A DNA stretch of 64,000 nt from Haliotis cracherodii (GCF_022045235.1 NW_027266272.1:20832001-20896000), one strand, 5' to 3'; positions 38,926-52,914 are shown, counted from the first letter of the stretch. The notes: a model not told the origin generated them from the letters alone. Numbers and translations: made by a program.

Positions 38926-41221
38926 ACACCACATATGCACTAATCTTCGTTTCTATTTTCTCCGCGTTTTTCTGTTATAATAGATCGTTATTCGACGATA
39001 TCGAAGCAACATAACCACTCCTCCTCTATAAGCCTGTGATTCTAATTACAACCCCCCAGGAAGAGTATCGAGAGCAAGACCTCATCAAACGTGAGCTAAC
39101 ATCTTGGCCAGTGTTGTGTCTCCTTTCTAAACGCCCGTTCAACCAACCTGATTGCCACGTGCCGTCCAGTTGCGGAAGTTGTTACCACACCAACTGTTTC
39201 TAGCACAGATAACATTGTATGATCTTCTCAGTCATCACAGTGCAAAAACAGGGTCAGCCTGGCAACAATTTCTGAACGTGTTGTTTCAATCGGTTCTTGG
39301 GGCATGCACTGGAGAGACATGGGACCAAGATAAGATGTGATCATACCACGTTTATGCTTATCAAGTGATGGTTTAACGCCACAATCAGCAGTTTTCAAGA
39401 CATGGTGGCGGTTGGGTAATCTGGTGGTTAAAGTGTTCGCTCGTTACATCGAAGGTCCGGGTTCTATTCCCCACACGGGTAGAATGTGTGGAACCCATAT
39501 CGTCGTGGACTCGACTGACGGTTTGGATGCAATCATCAAGAATTTGCCCCAACACAAACCAAAGATAACATATTTCACAAAAACTATTTTGAGGTTCATA
39601 TGGACTGTTATTATCATTTCAAAATTGTTGAAAAAGAGTTCCATTCTTCAAACAGACAAACGTGACTTACAGTTTGAATGCACAATTGTTTCACTCTGTA
39701 CAGTACAAAATTGAGTATCACACCCGAACCTGTTCACGTATCACGAAAACATTTACAAAGATTTTGAGGGAGGAGAAATACTTCACACAATGTTTTAAGG
39801 ATCTTTCAGACAGAATTCATTTGAGCATTATCAGAATACAGCGCCTCGCAAACATAAGATCTTAGCAATAATGTACTCACACAATGCATTCGATTATGTG
39901 CAACTGCTTCGAAAGCAGTCTTTTTATTATATTTGTTTCTTTGTTTGTTGTAAATAACCGAGTCTGAACCATGCAATCCAATGACTGACATTATGAGCAT
40001 CGATTAACACAATTTGGATGGTGGCATGCAAGACTAACCACACGATCATGTCAATCATTTCTAATGGCAAGCACAGGTTGCTGAAGACCAATTCTAACTT
40101 GGATCTTCATGGGTATTTTGAATGTATTATCACTGGAATAGCGCCTCTGGTGGTGAACTCTATATTAAAGTACTCAGTTGTAAGACAAATGTTCTTAACT
40201 ATTTCAGCAGAAATGTTGACGCCATAAGCTGAATCTGATTGCGTATTTGTCAACATAAAGCCGAAATCCACAGCTGGTAAATCGAAATCATCCCTTTTGT
40301 CATACAGCGGGTTACACAGGTTGCCATGGTTTTGACTGCCTATGTACAAGGTGCTTAGGACACGTTGATTGCTTTTAGATTCACAAGTGATCACGACATT
40401 TAATAGTGGATGCGCGTAGCAGCTCTAATGAACACCTCAAAAGGAAATTGAATGATTCTGACTGATTACGACTTCTCATGATCAATCACAGAGTATTTAA
40501 TGTCTTCAACGCTCTCCATGGAAATCACTGTAAACATCCAAGATGTTTCGAGACACATTAACTGAATTGTAATGTGTAACTGATGTCCCGACAACTGTCT
40601 GCGTGTGGTAATTATTCATCAGTCCTAATGGCATTTGTGTAAACCAGTGTTGCAGGTTACAAGGCCTCAGTGGTGTTTGTTATGTTATTCATCGTGGACG
40701 TGCGATACCGGGGAGGCTGCTTAAACACAGTCATATCGGTTTCATCCCATCGATCTGTGTACAGGCTGATAACAGATCAGTAGGTGGCATTATCGTGGAT
40801 GGGACGTTAAGGAGTGGACTGTTTTTACGTTTCTCACAGGAAAGATAAAACGAACTACATGTCTTTCTGCGACACGGTATCACTGTTCCATTATGACGGA
40901 TATGGATTTACAATGGACTAAGGTGTTTCAACAAGGACATAACTACATCTTTACCGGTAAGTTTAGTTAGCGATCAGGATACCTTTTCCACAAAGCGACC
41001 TTAGTTCTACGGCTGCCTTTATCAGTGGTAATGCATGGGCGCTACGGCTGTCTTAGTGCAAATATCGCTTTGTGGAGCATGCCCTGATGGATATTGTTTT
41101 CCTATTTGGATGTTAACTGATTGATCCAAAATACTCATATCATTGTTAAAGGCATTGTACACGAATATTTGTACTAGCATAATTATATAATAACGTCATT
41201 TCTATACTTTCATTTTCTTAA

Positions 41222-41391
41222 GTGGGCGGTCGGGTAGCCCAGTGGTTAAAGCGTTCGCTCGTCACGCCAAAGACCCGGGTTCGATTCCCGACATGGGTAC
41301 ATTGTGTGAAGCCCATATCTGGTGTCCCCCGCCGTTATTTTGCTGGAATATTGCTAAAAGCGGCGTAAAACCATACTCACTCATTCACTCA
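41222..41391 (+). mobile_element. tRNA-derived SINE (duplicate of 29882)
   Basis: Same sequence context and TSD as the unit 2 copy. Confidence 0.9.
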
Positions 41392-41634
41392 TTTTCTTAA
41401 ATAATCAGTTACGCATATGATTTCGTAGATTTGTTTAGTTATATATTTACAACAAATACACGATTTTGAATCAAAGGAAATTATGTTAATTTCTTCACAT
41501 ATCGTGGTATTGTTTCAAGTAACTAGACAAATCTCTAACATATTGTTTAAACACATTTTGGTTGGCTGACGGGACAGTCTCTTGAAAAGAAGTATGATTA
41601 AATATAACGTATCTATTACCCTTAACATTCATTA

Positions 41635-42594
41635 TGAATTCCTTAATTACATACGTACATTTACAATTATAGGATTGTGTGAAACCTGGCTAAAAGCTTA
41701 CAACTTTTCAAAGGAGTTCTCTGAATATGTTTACTTTAATGTTGATGCTTGCCAAATCTCCAAACAATGTAGGCTATCCGGTGGTATTACATTGTTAATA
41801 AAAAACACACTTTCAAAATCTATTTTATGGTCAAAAATATGTGACAACTGTGTTTTCATTTTGCTATAGAAATCTGTATTTAATAATGCTAAGGACACTC
41901 TTATAGGTTGTGTATACGTCAATCCAGAGAAGTCAAATTGGTATGTCAATAAAGCTGACAAGTGCGGCATATCTATACTCCAGGATGCGTTAATACATGT
42001 ACTTCAACAAGTGGGGGACGTCTCTATCCTCCTCGGGGGCGACTTCAACGCCCGCACTGGAACAGACTTTGATTTTGTTGAGGACGATATAATGAGAGCT
42101 CTGCAAATTGACAAGTGTCATTTTCTCTGTGAGGGTATTTGCACACAGCGATTTTCATCCGATAAGACTGTGAACAAATTTGGGCGAATTTTGCTTCATA
42201 TGTGTGCTTCTCTAAACTTGACTATACTTAATGGTCGTTGTGGATCTGATGCCAGTGTGGGAGATTTTACGTTTATGTCCCCTACAGGCGCAAGCGTTTT
42301 TGACTATGTTATCACAACAAGTGATTTGTTTACATTGTGTAAGAATTTTAACATCGGATCTCGGATCGAGTCTCCGCACGGGCCATTCAGTTGTACTTTT
42401 CAGTCACGTGATACTGAAATTGACAATGCTATGTCGGGTGAGAATCTGAAGCCGGATGTTTTTAATAGGAAAAAGGATAATGTTTCGTTACAAGCCTATT
42501 CACTGCAGCGTAAAACATATAAAGATACCGTTGGGTGTAAGAAAAGAGCTACCACTTTTTGTGAATAAACAATATATTCATTCAACCTTCATTA
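41635..42594 (+). mobile_element. LINE APE endonuclease fragment, unit 3 copy (nonsense codon at 41867)
   Basis: ORFs 41582-41869 and 42011-42568 are near-identical to the 30251 ORF. Confidence 0.85.
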
Positions 42595-43283
42595 AGCCAT
42601 TTAGATACAGACTACATCCGTGGTCTAGTGGAAAGAGAGTCTGCCCGGAGAACGAAAGGTCGGTAGTTCGACGCCCGCCTACATAATGCGAAAAGACGTT
42701 TAAAGATAGTAGTTCTTTTTACCCTGCCTGGTCGGCTGAGATTCAGTATACTGTGTCTTAGTGGGGTATCAATGATACATTGTGGCGTGCTATCTGTGTG
42801 GACTAGAACTACACAAGCGGCATTCGTACTGACCGTCAACGACAAACACGCACGCATGCACTCACACACACGCGCACACACACATGCACGTCGCGGCGTA
42901 AGTGTGTAAGTGTAAAAAGAAGCACTATCTTTTAACGTCTTTTCGTATGACGCATAATCACCTCACCTCACCTCACCTCACCTCACCATGTATTGTCAGC
43001 AGCGGTATGAAACTTGCAAACAGTTATTTGGCCATCTGCATGTAGCAAGTAATCAAATTTCAGAATTGATAAGCACTCTCACACCACAAAACCAGATTTG
43101 TTTGCATATATTCAGAAAGAATTACTTAATTATTTTTTATATTAATTTCAGGTAAGACACTAGAAGCACTTTTGACCAAAGTCAGTGTGTTTCATCGGCT
43201 GGTCCCAGAATTGAGAACAGGCAGCCAAGTGTGCTGAATATTAAGCTGTCATCGCAGAGGAAGAAGATAAGGGCTGATGTTAT

Positions 43284-44519
43284 ATGACCATGATGTCGCC
43301 AATTTTGTTAATTCTTGCCTGTGGTTTTGTGTCTGTTGAGACACAACTCAGAAACGCCACTGGTGAATTCCGCCTCTACAATGACATCATCTGGAACAAC
43401 AACCCATACGAGAGGCCCGTCTACAACAAATCCGAAACTATTACAGTTGAATTTGACTTTCATCTACACACAGTGAGCCGATACATTGAGTCTCAACAAC
43501 AGCTCCTATGCACAGGGTGGTTTGTCGTGACGTGGTCTGATCAGTTTCTCACCTGGAATTCTGAGATGTATGACGGAGTTGAGTTTATCAGACCCCCAGA
43601 TAGCTACATCTGGATACCTGATCTTGTTGTGTCCAGTTCCTTCCAACAACTCGACCGCCTTGGAGGAGATTTCGTGTCTCTGAAACTATTTTCAAATGGA
43701 CATATACAGTGGATGCCTGGGGATTTATTCTACCTGCCATGTAGTGTGGATGTTGAGTTGTACCCATTTGATAGCCTGAAGTGTTCTATGGACCTGGTTG
43801 TGTGGTCACACTCAGTGACAGAAGTTGACCTGGAACCACGGCAATCTCGTGCTGGAGTGTCCAGTTCCACTATACGGGGTCAGTGGAGTTTGACGTCAGC
43901 CCCTATCATTTCGTTGAAAAAACATTCTGACAACAAAACTTTGTCAACAGTGAAAATTACACTCATTCTAGAAAGACTCCCAACCAATTTTGTCTTTAAC
44001 TTTATCCTTCCCGTCATGATTCTCTCTCTTCTAGGAACGTTTGTGTTCCTCATTCCAGCAGATTCAGGAGAAAAAGTATCATTTGCCATCACAATTCCTC
44101 TTTCTTATGGTGTCTACATGGGATTTCTAACAAACATGGTACCACAAAGTTCCGAGGGTGTGTCCACCTTTATCATTTTCCTTGGAATCACGCTATCATT
44201 GTCTGCGTTATTTGTCATCCTCAGCATATTCAGTGTCAGGATCTCAGCACGCAGTAATTCACGACCCGTTCCTAAAGCATTCCAAAGAATCACCGTCTGG
44301 GTTGAACATGTTAAAAGCTGTGGTCGACAAAAAAAGTCGCATCCTAACCATATCTCTGTGGACACAGAACAATCAGATGATTGCGAGGCTAAGGAACATA
44401 CTCAAGTAATGACGTGGAAGCGAGTGAGCAAGGCTCTGGATCTGTTTTTCTTCTGGGTGTTGTGTATACCTTTGTTGATAGCGATTCCAGTTCTGTTGCT
44501 GTCCATAGCGTTTTTTTAA
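43284..44519 (+). CDS. Cys-loop nAChR-like non-alpha subunit type A3 (intact)
   Basis: 411 aa; Cys-loop CSVDVELYPFDSLKC; M1-M3 identical to A1. Confidence 0.95.
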   Translation: MTMMSPILLILACGFVSVETQLRNATGEFRLYNDIIWNNNPYERPVYNKSETITVEFDFHLHTVSRYIESQQQLLCTGWFVVTWSDQFLTWNSEMYDGVEFIRPPDSYIWIPDLVVSSSFQQLDRLGGDFVSLKLFSNGHIQWMPGDLFYLPCSVDVELYPFDSLKCSMDLVVWSHSVTEVDLEPRQSRAGVSSSTIRGQWSLTSAPIISLKKHSDNKTLSTVKITLILERLPTNFVFNFILPVMILSLLGTFVFLIPADSGEKVSFAITIPLSYGVYMGFLTNMVPQSSEGVSTFIIFLGITLSLSALFVILSIFSVRISARSNSRPVPKAFQRITVWVEHVKSCGRQKKSHPNHISVDTEQSDDCEAKEHTQVMTWKRVSKALDLFFFWVLCIPLLIAIPVLLLSIAFF

Positions 44520-46604
44520 TGACAAAATGTTTCTTACGAACCATCAATTGTATATGTCGTATTTAGTAGAATAGGTTATAGTAATTCTCTGAGAAAAATA
44601 TTCATTGTGAACTGTGCGTAGGAATCAATGATAAGATCTTTGTTTTTTATGACTTGAGATTGCACTATTATGATGTGCCATCTGAAATAAAAAGCGTCGT
44701 CACCAGAGAATAACCAGTCTCGGGTTTCCGTCAAAACAGATTCCTTTTGGCACAAAAAGCAAAACAGCAGTGAAAGCTATATGAATGGATCACTGCAAAT
44801 CAGTGTTGACACTAGTTTTTTGCGACCCGAAACTCAAAACTGTACGCCCCATGCTTTGGTTTATGCAATACGTTTTGTGAGAATAAATGAGGAAGAACGA
44901 ATCAAACGTCATGATTACGTATCAGAAACAGTGTTCAGATGAAGAAATGCTTTTAAGAGACATGAATAATGAATAAAATCGTATCGTATTGTTCTCAAGA
45001 ATGGACCAATTTGGCGTCATCTCCCTTTTAACTGACCATTCAGCATTGAAAATTGTTAAAATTCCCATGTGCAAATAGCATATAATTATCAATAACTCAC
45101 AATATTATGTTATTTTTATGTGTGCAGTTAGACACCTGCGTTAAGGTGACACTAGGGCACATGTGTTTATCTTGAAGGCAGCAACGTCTGCGACTGCCAC
45201 CAACCAAAGATTCCTTGGTTTCCACAGATGGTATACAGAGTTGGTGCCAATTATTAATATTGCTGCACAATGGAATCTGTGATAACGTGTACTGACGGTT
45301 ATTGATTGCTATTATGCTCTGGGCCTCTGTGCCCATGTTTACATTGCACTGTCTGGATCCCGTAAATTGTAAATGAACTGCGGAAGTAGTTGGACGCACA
45401 AAACACTCGTTCCTTTTATGCTGCGAATTCGTGTTTCATTGTGAAATGTTAGGACACTACAACTCCGAGTTTTGACATCCTGAACAGTCCAAGCTATTGT
45501 GTGCAAACAGAACAGAGTTGGGATTTTATGAGCGGATTTTGTCAACATAAATCATTGTGCTTGTTGATAGCAGATAGTTCGTTGGGATTAATGCAGCTGT
45601 TCAACTGTTTCCATGACTTGACAGTGTTCATCGAAAAGGTTCAGATGTGTTTGGCGATAAAGTCAAAGACAAACATAATGGTAATAATCTAAACTGATTT
45701 TCGGAGGACTGGTAAGTAACATACTTGAACATACCATTTAACTGGAATATGACCCTTCTATTTATTTTACTTTATTCATTATATCATTGAGAGGTAGCAC
45801 ATGTCATTAGCCTATCTGCAATTGCGTAAGTGGTTTGGCATCACCATTCACTATTTCTTATGAATATGGGAATGGTTTTATCCGTTATATATTTTATTTA
45901 TTTCGGTATAAGAGCGATCAGTTTCTCGTCACATGACCTCACGGATCCAATGTTTCATTTTTGTTTCAATATTTCTGTCAAAAATGGATATTGTCTGTCA
46001 AAAATGTATTTGACATATGCTTTGAATAACGTAGTGAATGCAAATCTGCATTTTGTAATTATAATGCCCACCAACAATTATTGAGATATTACTTTTCGAC
46101 AAATATTTAGGTCTGTGGTGATCAAACTGAAACAGTCATGCAGGGAAATGTCTTTTTGAATAACCAGATCGCTGATTAGGTAGGAATTCGGATTAACTTA
46201 TTAAATATTTGACCAGTCACATGCCAAATGTGACGTACTGCTAAAATTGTATTTGTGAAACCATTAGAATTATATCTCAGAATAAGAATGTGGAGAATGG
46301 AGACTTCTGATGTGATGAATTGAATTTGTATCATTTTTGTCAAAATATACGATAATATTAGGGACCCACAATTTCACTGCCTCAAAACACGTGATTAGTA
46401 TTCTGTGAAGGAAGGAGCGGACATCAGGACATCCAGCATACAACTTATTTTTAGCACATCTGGCCTAAAAGGATTTTGTCGCCGCAGGTCGTCCGCCGTG
46501 GGCGTACTCAATGCAATTGTTTTACATTTTTGACATCTCCAAAATGGCTTGATGGTTCAGTTAAGATTGTATTCAATAAGCACCGAATAACAATTCCCTT
46601 CCAT

Positions 46605-47010
46605 TGAATTACTCACCTGAACTAGGAATAAAGGAGACCGGTGAGACCATTTTATCTGATTCATATTTAGATGTATGCATAAAGTTACAGAGTGACAAAA
46701 CACTCTCCCAATTTCTACATTTCGCAACTTTTGAGGTCAATCGAGCATGCCCCTTTTACGAAGATTACAACTCTGTGTCAGTAGTTGTTTGATCAAGGTT
46801 ACAACATTCAATGATTGAGCAAGGCTTCCAACCATTTTTATGGAAGACATACAGAGGAAAGTTTCAAATTTGACGCATCAGTGACAAAAATAATGTCCGA
46901 TGCAATTCCCTATTTTGACTTGTCCCCGTGTTAAACAATTGATTTGACTTTGAATGTGTTTGCGACGGGTGCCACTAGTGGGGCAGGATCTGCTCCCTTT
47001 TTCGCGAAAA
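46605..47010 (+). mobile_element. Penelope-like RT / 3' fragment shared by units 3 and 4 (second copy ~58210-58590)
   Basis: YSPELGIKETGETILSDSYLDVCI resembles YP.EL.IK.T......YLD; absent at the equivalent sites in units 1 and 2. Confidence 0.55.
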
Positions 47011-47499
47011 CCGAGTTTTAATCACAATTTGATAGTAATTAATAAACACATGCTCAGGATAGTGGGAATCGTACAATCAACTCTCATTTGAGCAGATTTG
47101 TAATGGACATGAAAAGGGTTTTGTCGCTCTCATTTCCCTGCATTTACCGATGAAAGAAAATGCAAATGCCATCGATTAAACAAGCTCGTGTTTTCGTTGG
47201 AAAGCAATGAATCGAATGCATTGTACGTTGTGTATTTAATATAGCGTTAATTAAAGAATCCCTCTATTCTAGCCCATGTTTGTTGCAAGAGACACTAAAT
47301 GGATTGGGTGTTCCTGCTCGCTGACGCGGGTCCAGCCTCGAGTTATATATATTCCTGAATGCTGCGTTAGATATCTAACAATCTAACAATATCAATTTGA
47401 CTATTTTACATTCCCTCATATTTTACCTCTTTTCATTATTGCAGATCCACGGCATCAAAAGTCGGCACTGCGAAGTTCTACATTACCATCTGTGCAATC

Positions 47500-48729
47500 A
47501 TGCTGCTCTTCACAATCTGTAATCTGGTGATTGGTGTTGTGTCCATCGAGTCAGTCAGACACTCCACTGGTGAATTCCGCCTCTACAATGACATCATCTG
47601 GAACAACAACCCATACGAGAGGCCCGTCTACAACAAATCCGAAACTATAACAGTTGAATTTGACTTTCATCTACACACAGTGAGCCGATACACTGAGTCT
47701 CAACAACAGCTCCTATGCACAGGGTGGTTTGATGTGACGTGGTCTGATCAGTTTCTCACCTGGAATTCTGAGATGTATGACGGAGTTGAGTTTATCAGAC
47801 CCCCAGATAGCTACGTGTGGAAACCTGATCTTGTTGTGTCCAATTCCTTCCAACAACTCAACCATATTGGAGGAGATTTCGTGCCTTTGAAAGTATCCTC
47901 TTATGGACACGTGCAGTGGATGACAGGAGACTTATTCTACCTGCATTGTGAAACGGACGTTCTAATGTATCCATTTGATAGCCTGAAGTGTTCCATGGAG
48001 ATTGTCGTCTGGTCACATTCGACGTCAGAAGTTGACCTGAAAGTCCGCCAGTCAGTAGCTGGAACATCCAGTTCAAACATAGGCGGTCAGTGGAAGCTAA
48101 AACCAACATCAATCACAGCCAAAGAAAAGACCTTTGACAACAAGCCAATATCACATGTACTTATTACGCTTACACTGGACAGACGCCCTGTGCATTTTGT
48201 CTTCAACTTCATCCTCCCTGTGTTGATCCTGTCGGTCCTGGGGACATTTGTGTTTCTCATTCCTGCAGATTCAGGAGAAAAAATATCCTTTGCCATAACG
48301 ATTCCTCTGTCATATGGGGTCTACATGGGCTTTCTCACAGACATGATACCCCAGAGCTCCCAGGGTATATCGCCCTTCATCATCATCCTTGGACTCACAC
48401 TTACAATGTCTGCAGTATTTGTCATCGTCAGCATCTTCAGTGTCCGGTTCTGTGGACAGAGTGAATCGAAACCCATTCGTAAAACATTACAAAGATTCAC
48501 AATTTGGGTCGAAAAGGTCGATGCATTTGGCCGGTTTGGAAACCGTGACAAACCTGCAATTGAGGAATCTGGACAGTTACAAGAGCTCCAGGCTAAGACT
48601 CCTCAGCCCGTCACATGGGAACGAGTGAGCAAAGCACTGGATTTATTTTTCTTCTGGTTGTTGTGTATCCCTTCACTTGTAGGAATTCCAATAACACTGA
48701 TATACATCGGCTTGAACTTGGGTTTCTAG
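47500..48729 (+). CDS. Cys-loop nAChR-like non-alpha subunit type B3 (intact)
   Basis: 409 aa; Cys-loop CETDVLMYPFDSLKC; DSGEK; four TM helices. Confidence 0.95.
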   Translation: MLLFTICNLVIGVVSIESVRHSTGEFRLYNDIIWNNNPYERPVYNKSETITVEFDFHLHTVSRYTESQQQLLCTGWFDVTWSDQFLTWNSEMYDGVEFIRPPDSYVWKPDLVVSNSFQQLNHIGGDFVPLKVSSYGHVQWMTGDLFYLHCETDVLMYPFDSLKCSMEIVVWSHSTSEVDLKVRQSVAGTSSSNIGGQWKLKPTSITAKEKTFDNKPISHVLITLTLDRRPVHFVFNFILPVLILSVLGTFVFLIPADSGEKISFAITIPLSYGVYMGFLTDMIPQSSQGISPFIIILGLTLTMSAVFVIVSIFSVRFCGQSESKPIRKTLQRFTIWVEKVDAFGRFGNRDKPAIEESGQLQELQAKTPQPVTWERVSKALDLFFFWLLCIPSLVGIPITLIYIGLNLGF

Positions 48730-50054
48730 GTTATGAATCATTGATGGCGTGTGTTTAAAGCTCTTATATGTTGTCTCTCGTATTGATCAGTTCGAGTAGT
48801 AAATGTGTCTTTGCTTCTGAATGTATTCTCTCGTAAGGAGAGGGCCAAACAGTGTTATAAATGACGTGGATCTTTTCAAATTTTACCCATTAGTGACCAC
48901 AAAGATGTCTGAAGCAATTCCCTATTTAAACAGGAACTAGATGTTTCTGTGTTTATTCAGGTGAACACTTGACTTGCCTTTACGCGTATTTGTGACGTGA
49001 GCAACTGGTGGGACAGGATACGGTCACATTTTCGCGATCACCTGATGTCATCTATTTGATAGTGTTTCACAAATGATGAAGTCAGAATCGTGCAATGGAC
49101 ATATATTTATAGAAGTCATTAGAGGAGTCTATGACAATATGAGCTGCTTTTAATGTGATGCTTTCATGTGAGATGTGTAAAGATGTTGCAATTTATGATT
49201 ATCAATTAATTAAACAAAATAAGTCGAACTCATGTGTTTTGCAGCCAAACCAATCGCTGAAGGAGCAAACAACTCTTCTCAGACTCCCAGGAATGTTTTC
49301 GGGAGATTGTGCCGATGCAGAAAATAAAACCACGGCGTGGTGAGTAAACGCCTGAATCATTAAGCTACCCTTGACAGGCGTTGGTCCCGCGTATAATGAC
49401 GTCACTGGCCCACGAGAGACTTGGATTTGCTGTCATTTGAGGCATTTGGTATCGTTATGAGATTCTGAACATGATCCTTGATTTCCAAAGTGCCAAAAGT
49501 AAACAGGTAATGATGTTTATCCAATCTATAAAGCCTTTTTACAGTTTGAAGGGTGTCTTTTCAAATGGCGGACAGTGACAAAGTCCACTATGGAACTGGC
49601 ATACATCCCGACTAGTACAAGCAGACACGCAGGCCGCTATATAAGTGAAGTAGACACGCAGGCCGCTATATAAGTGAAGTTATCTTGAACCGGTTTCACC
49701 TCACCTCATCTCAAGATATACATACAAATATGCATAATAAATTATTTCTTTTATAATTTCCTTTTCAGTAAACATAAATGGAAAACATTTATCAGTAAAA
49801 AGCATTCTTATTAAATGTTACTCCCCGAGGAAAGACTTGTTTGTAGACATGTTTGTAATAGGAACACATTTGTATATCACGTGACTATCACAGTAAAAAA
49901 CACGTCCGTTTTTCTTCGATGCGTTGACGCTCGGCATCAGGAGGATAATACCAGGATTGGCCGGCTCAGTGTACTGTGTCCGAGTAGAGGATAAACGTTA
50001 AACTGCGGCATGGTGAATCAGTATACTTGCACCATTAAGCCGGCATTAGTCACA

Positions 50055-50094
<40 letters not shown>

Positions 50095-52914
50095 TCTTCG
50101 TCTCTATTTTCTCCCATTTTTCTGTTATAATAGATCGTTATTCGACGATATCGAAGCAAGATAACCACTCTTCCTCGATAAGCCTGTGATTCTAATTACA
50201 ACCCCCCAGGAAGAGTCTCGAGAGCAAGACCTCATCAAACGTGAGCCAACATCTTGGCCAGTGTGGTTGTGCCTCCCCTCCTTTCTAAACGCCCGTTCAA
50301 CAAAAAAGATTGCCACGTGCAGTCCAGTTGCAGAAGTTGTGACCGCATCAACCGTTTCTAGCACAGGTAACATTGTATGATTTTCTCAGTCATCACAGTG
50401 TAAAAGCAGGGTCAGCCTGGCAACAATTTCTGAACGTGTTGTTTCAATCTGTTCTTGCGGCATGCACTGGAGAGACATGGGACCAAGATAAGATGTGATC
50501 ATACCACGTTTAGGATGCTTATCAAGTGATGGTTTAACGCCACAATCAGCAGTTTTCAAGACATATCATGGTGGCCGTTGGGTAGTCTGGTGGTTAAAGT
50601 GTTCGCTCATCACATCGAAGGTCCGGGATTCATTCCCAAGACGGGTAGAATGTGTGAAACCCATTTCCGGTGTCCTCCGCCATATTGCCAAACTCAGTTA
50701 CTGACTCATGATAGTTACCCAGTCTGGACCAGGCAAACCAAAGATTGAAAGGTTCTGTCTACCTAAACGGGCATATATTCGGTGGCCGAAGCAAAAGCAA
50801 AAAGTTTACTTTGCGAACAAACATGGAACCAGTTAATTCAAATGATCGGTACGTCTTGTCGCATGTTTTGTTTGCTTGTTTGTTTATGGTTTTATGCACT
50901 TGTCCATCTGTATGACTCAGTGTTCTTGTGACTCAATGTGTCGGTATGCAGATGAAAGTCAAATTCAACTGTAATAGTTTCTTATTTGTTGAAGACAAGC
51001 CTCTCGTATGGGTTCATGTTACAGGTGATCGTAGAGATGGAATTCGTCAGTGGAGATCGTCGTGGATGGTTTCACTCTGTACAGTACAAAATTCAGTATC
51101 CCACTCGAACCTGTTCACGTATCACGAAAACATTTACAAAGATTTGGAGGGAGGAGAAATACTTCACACAATGTTTTGTGGATCTTTCAGACAGAATCAA
51201 TTTGAGCATTATCAGAACACAGCGCCTTGCAAACATAAGATCTTAGCAATAATGTACTCTTTCAATGCATTCGATTATGTGCAACTGCTTCGAAAGTAGT
51301 CTTTTAATTATATTTGTTTCTTTGTTTGTTGTTTAACGCCAAACTCAGCAATCATCCAGCCATATGACGCGGTCTGTAAATAACCGAGTCTGGACCAGAC
51401 AATCCAATGACTGACATTATCAGCATTTATTTACGCAATTTGGATGGTGCCATGCGAGACTAACCACCCGTTCATGTTAATCATTGCTTATGGCAAGCAC
51501 AGGTTGCTGAAGACTTGGATCTTTTTATGTGTATTTTAAATGTATTATCATTGGAATAGGGCCTTTGGAGGTGAAGTCTTTATTGAAGTACTCAATTGTA
51601 AGACACATGTCTTTCTGCGGAATGCGGATAAAATGTTCTAAACTATTTCAGCAGAAATGTTGACGCCATAAGCTGGATCTGATTGCATATTCGTCAACAT
51701 AAAGCCGAAATCCACAGCTGGAAAATCGAAATCATCCCTTTTGTCATACAGCGGGTTACACAGGTTGCCATGGTTTTGACTTCCTATGTACAAGGTGCTT
51801 AGAGCAAGTTTATTGGTTTTAGATTCACAAGTGATCACGACATTTAATAGTGGATGCGCGTTGCAGCCTCTAATAAACACCTCGAAAGGAAATTGAATGA
51901 TTCTGACAGATTACGACTTCTCATGATCAATCAGACAGTGTTTACCACGATCAACGTTCTCCATGGAAATCACTGCAAACATCCACGATGTTACGAGACA
52001 CATCAACTGATTTGTATTGTGTAACTGATGTCCCGACAACTGTTTGCATGTGGTAATTATTCATCAGTCCTAATGGCATTTGTGTAAACCAGTGTTGCGG
52101 GTTACAGGGCGACAGTGGTGTTTGTTATGTTATTCATCGTGGACGTGCGGTACCGAAGGAGGCTGCCTACACACCGTCATATCGGTTGCACCTCATCGAT
52201 CTGTGTACAGGCTGATAACAGATGAGAAGGTGGCATTATCGTGGATGGGACGTTTGGAGTGGAATGTTTTTACATTTGTCACAGGAAATATAAAACGAAC
52301 TACATGTCTTTCTGCGACATGATATCACTGTACCATCAGAAGGGATGTGGATTTACAATGAACTAAGGTGTTTCACCAAGTAAATAACTACATCTTTACC
52401 GGTAAGTTTTGTTAGCGAGCAGGATACCTTTTCCACAAAGCGACCTTAGTTCTACGGCTGCCTTTATCAGTGGTAATGCATGAGCGCTACAGTTGTCTTG
52501 GTGCAAATATCGCTTTGTGGAGTATGCCCTGATGGATATTGTTTTCCTATTTGGATGTTAACTGATTGATCCAAAATACTCATATCAATGTAAAAGGCAT
52601 TGTATGCGAATATATGTACTGGCATAGTTTTATAATGACGTCATTTCTATATTTTCATTTTCTTGAAAAATCTAAGCAGTTACGCATATGATTTCGTAAA
52701 TTTGTTTAGTTATATATTTACAACAAAAATACACGATTTCGAATCAAAGGAAATTACATCATTTCTTCACATATCTTGGTATTGTTTGAAATATGTAGGT
52801 AACTAGACAAATCTCTAACATATTGTTTAAACTCATTTTGGTTGGCTGACGGGACAGTCTCTTGAAAAGGAATATGATTAAATATAACGTATCTATTACA
52901 CTTAACATTCATTA

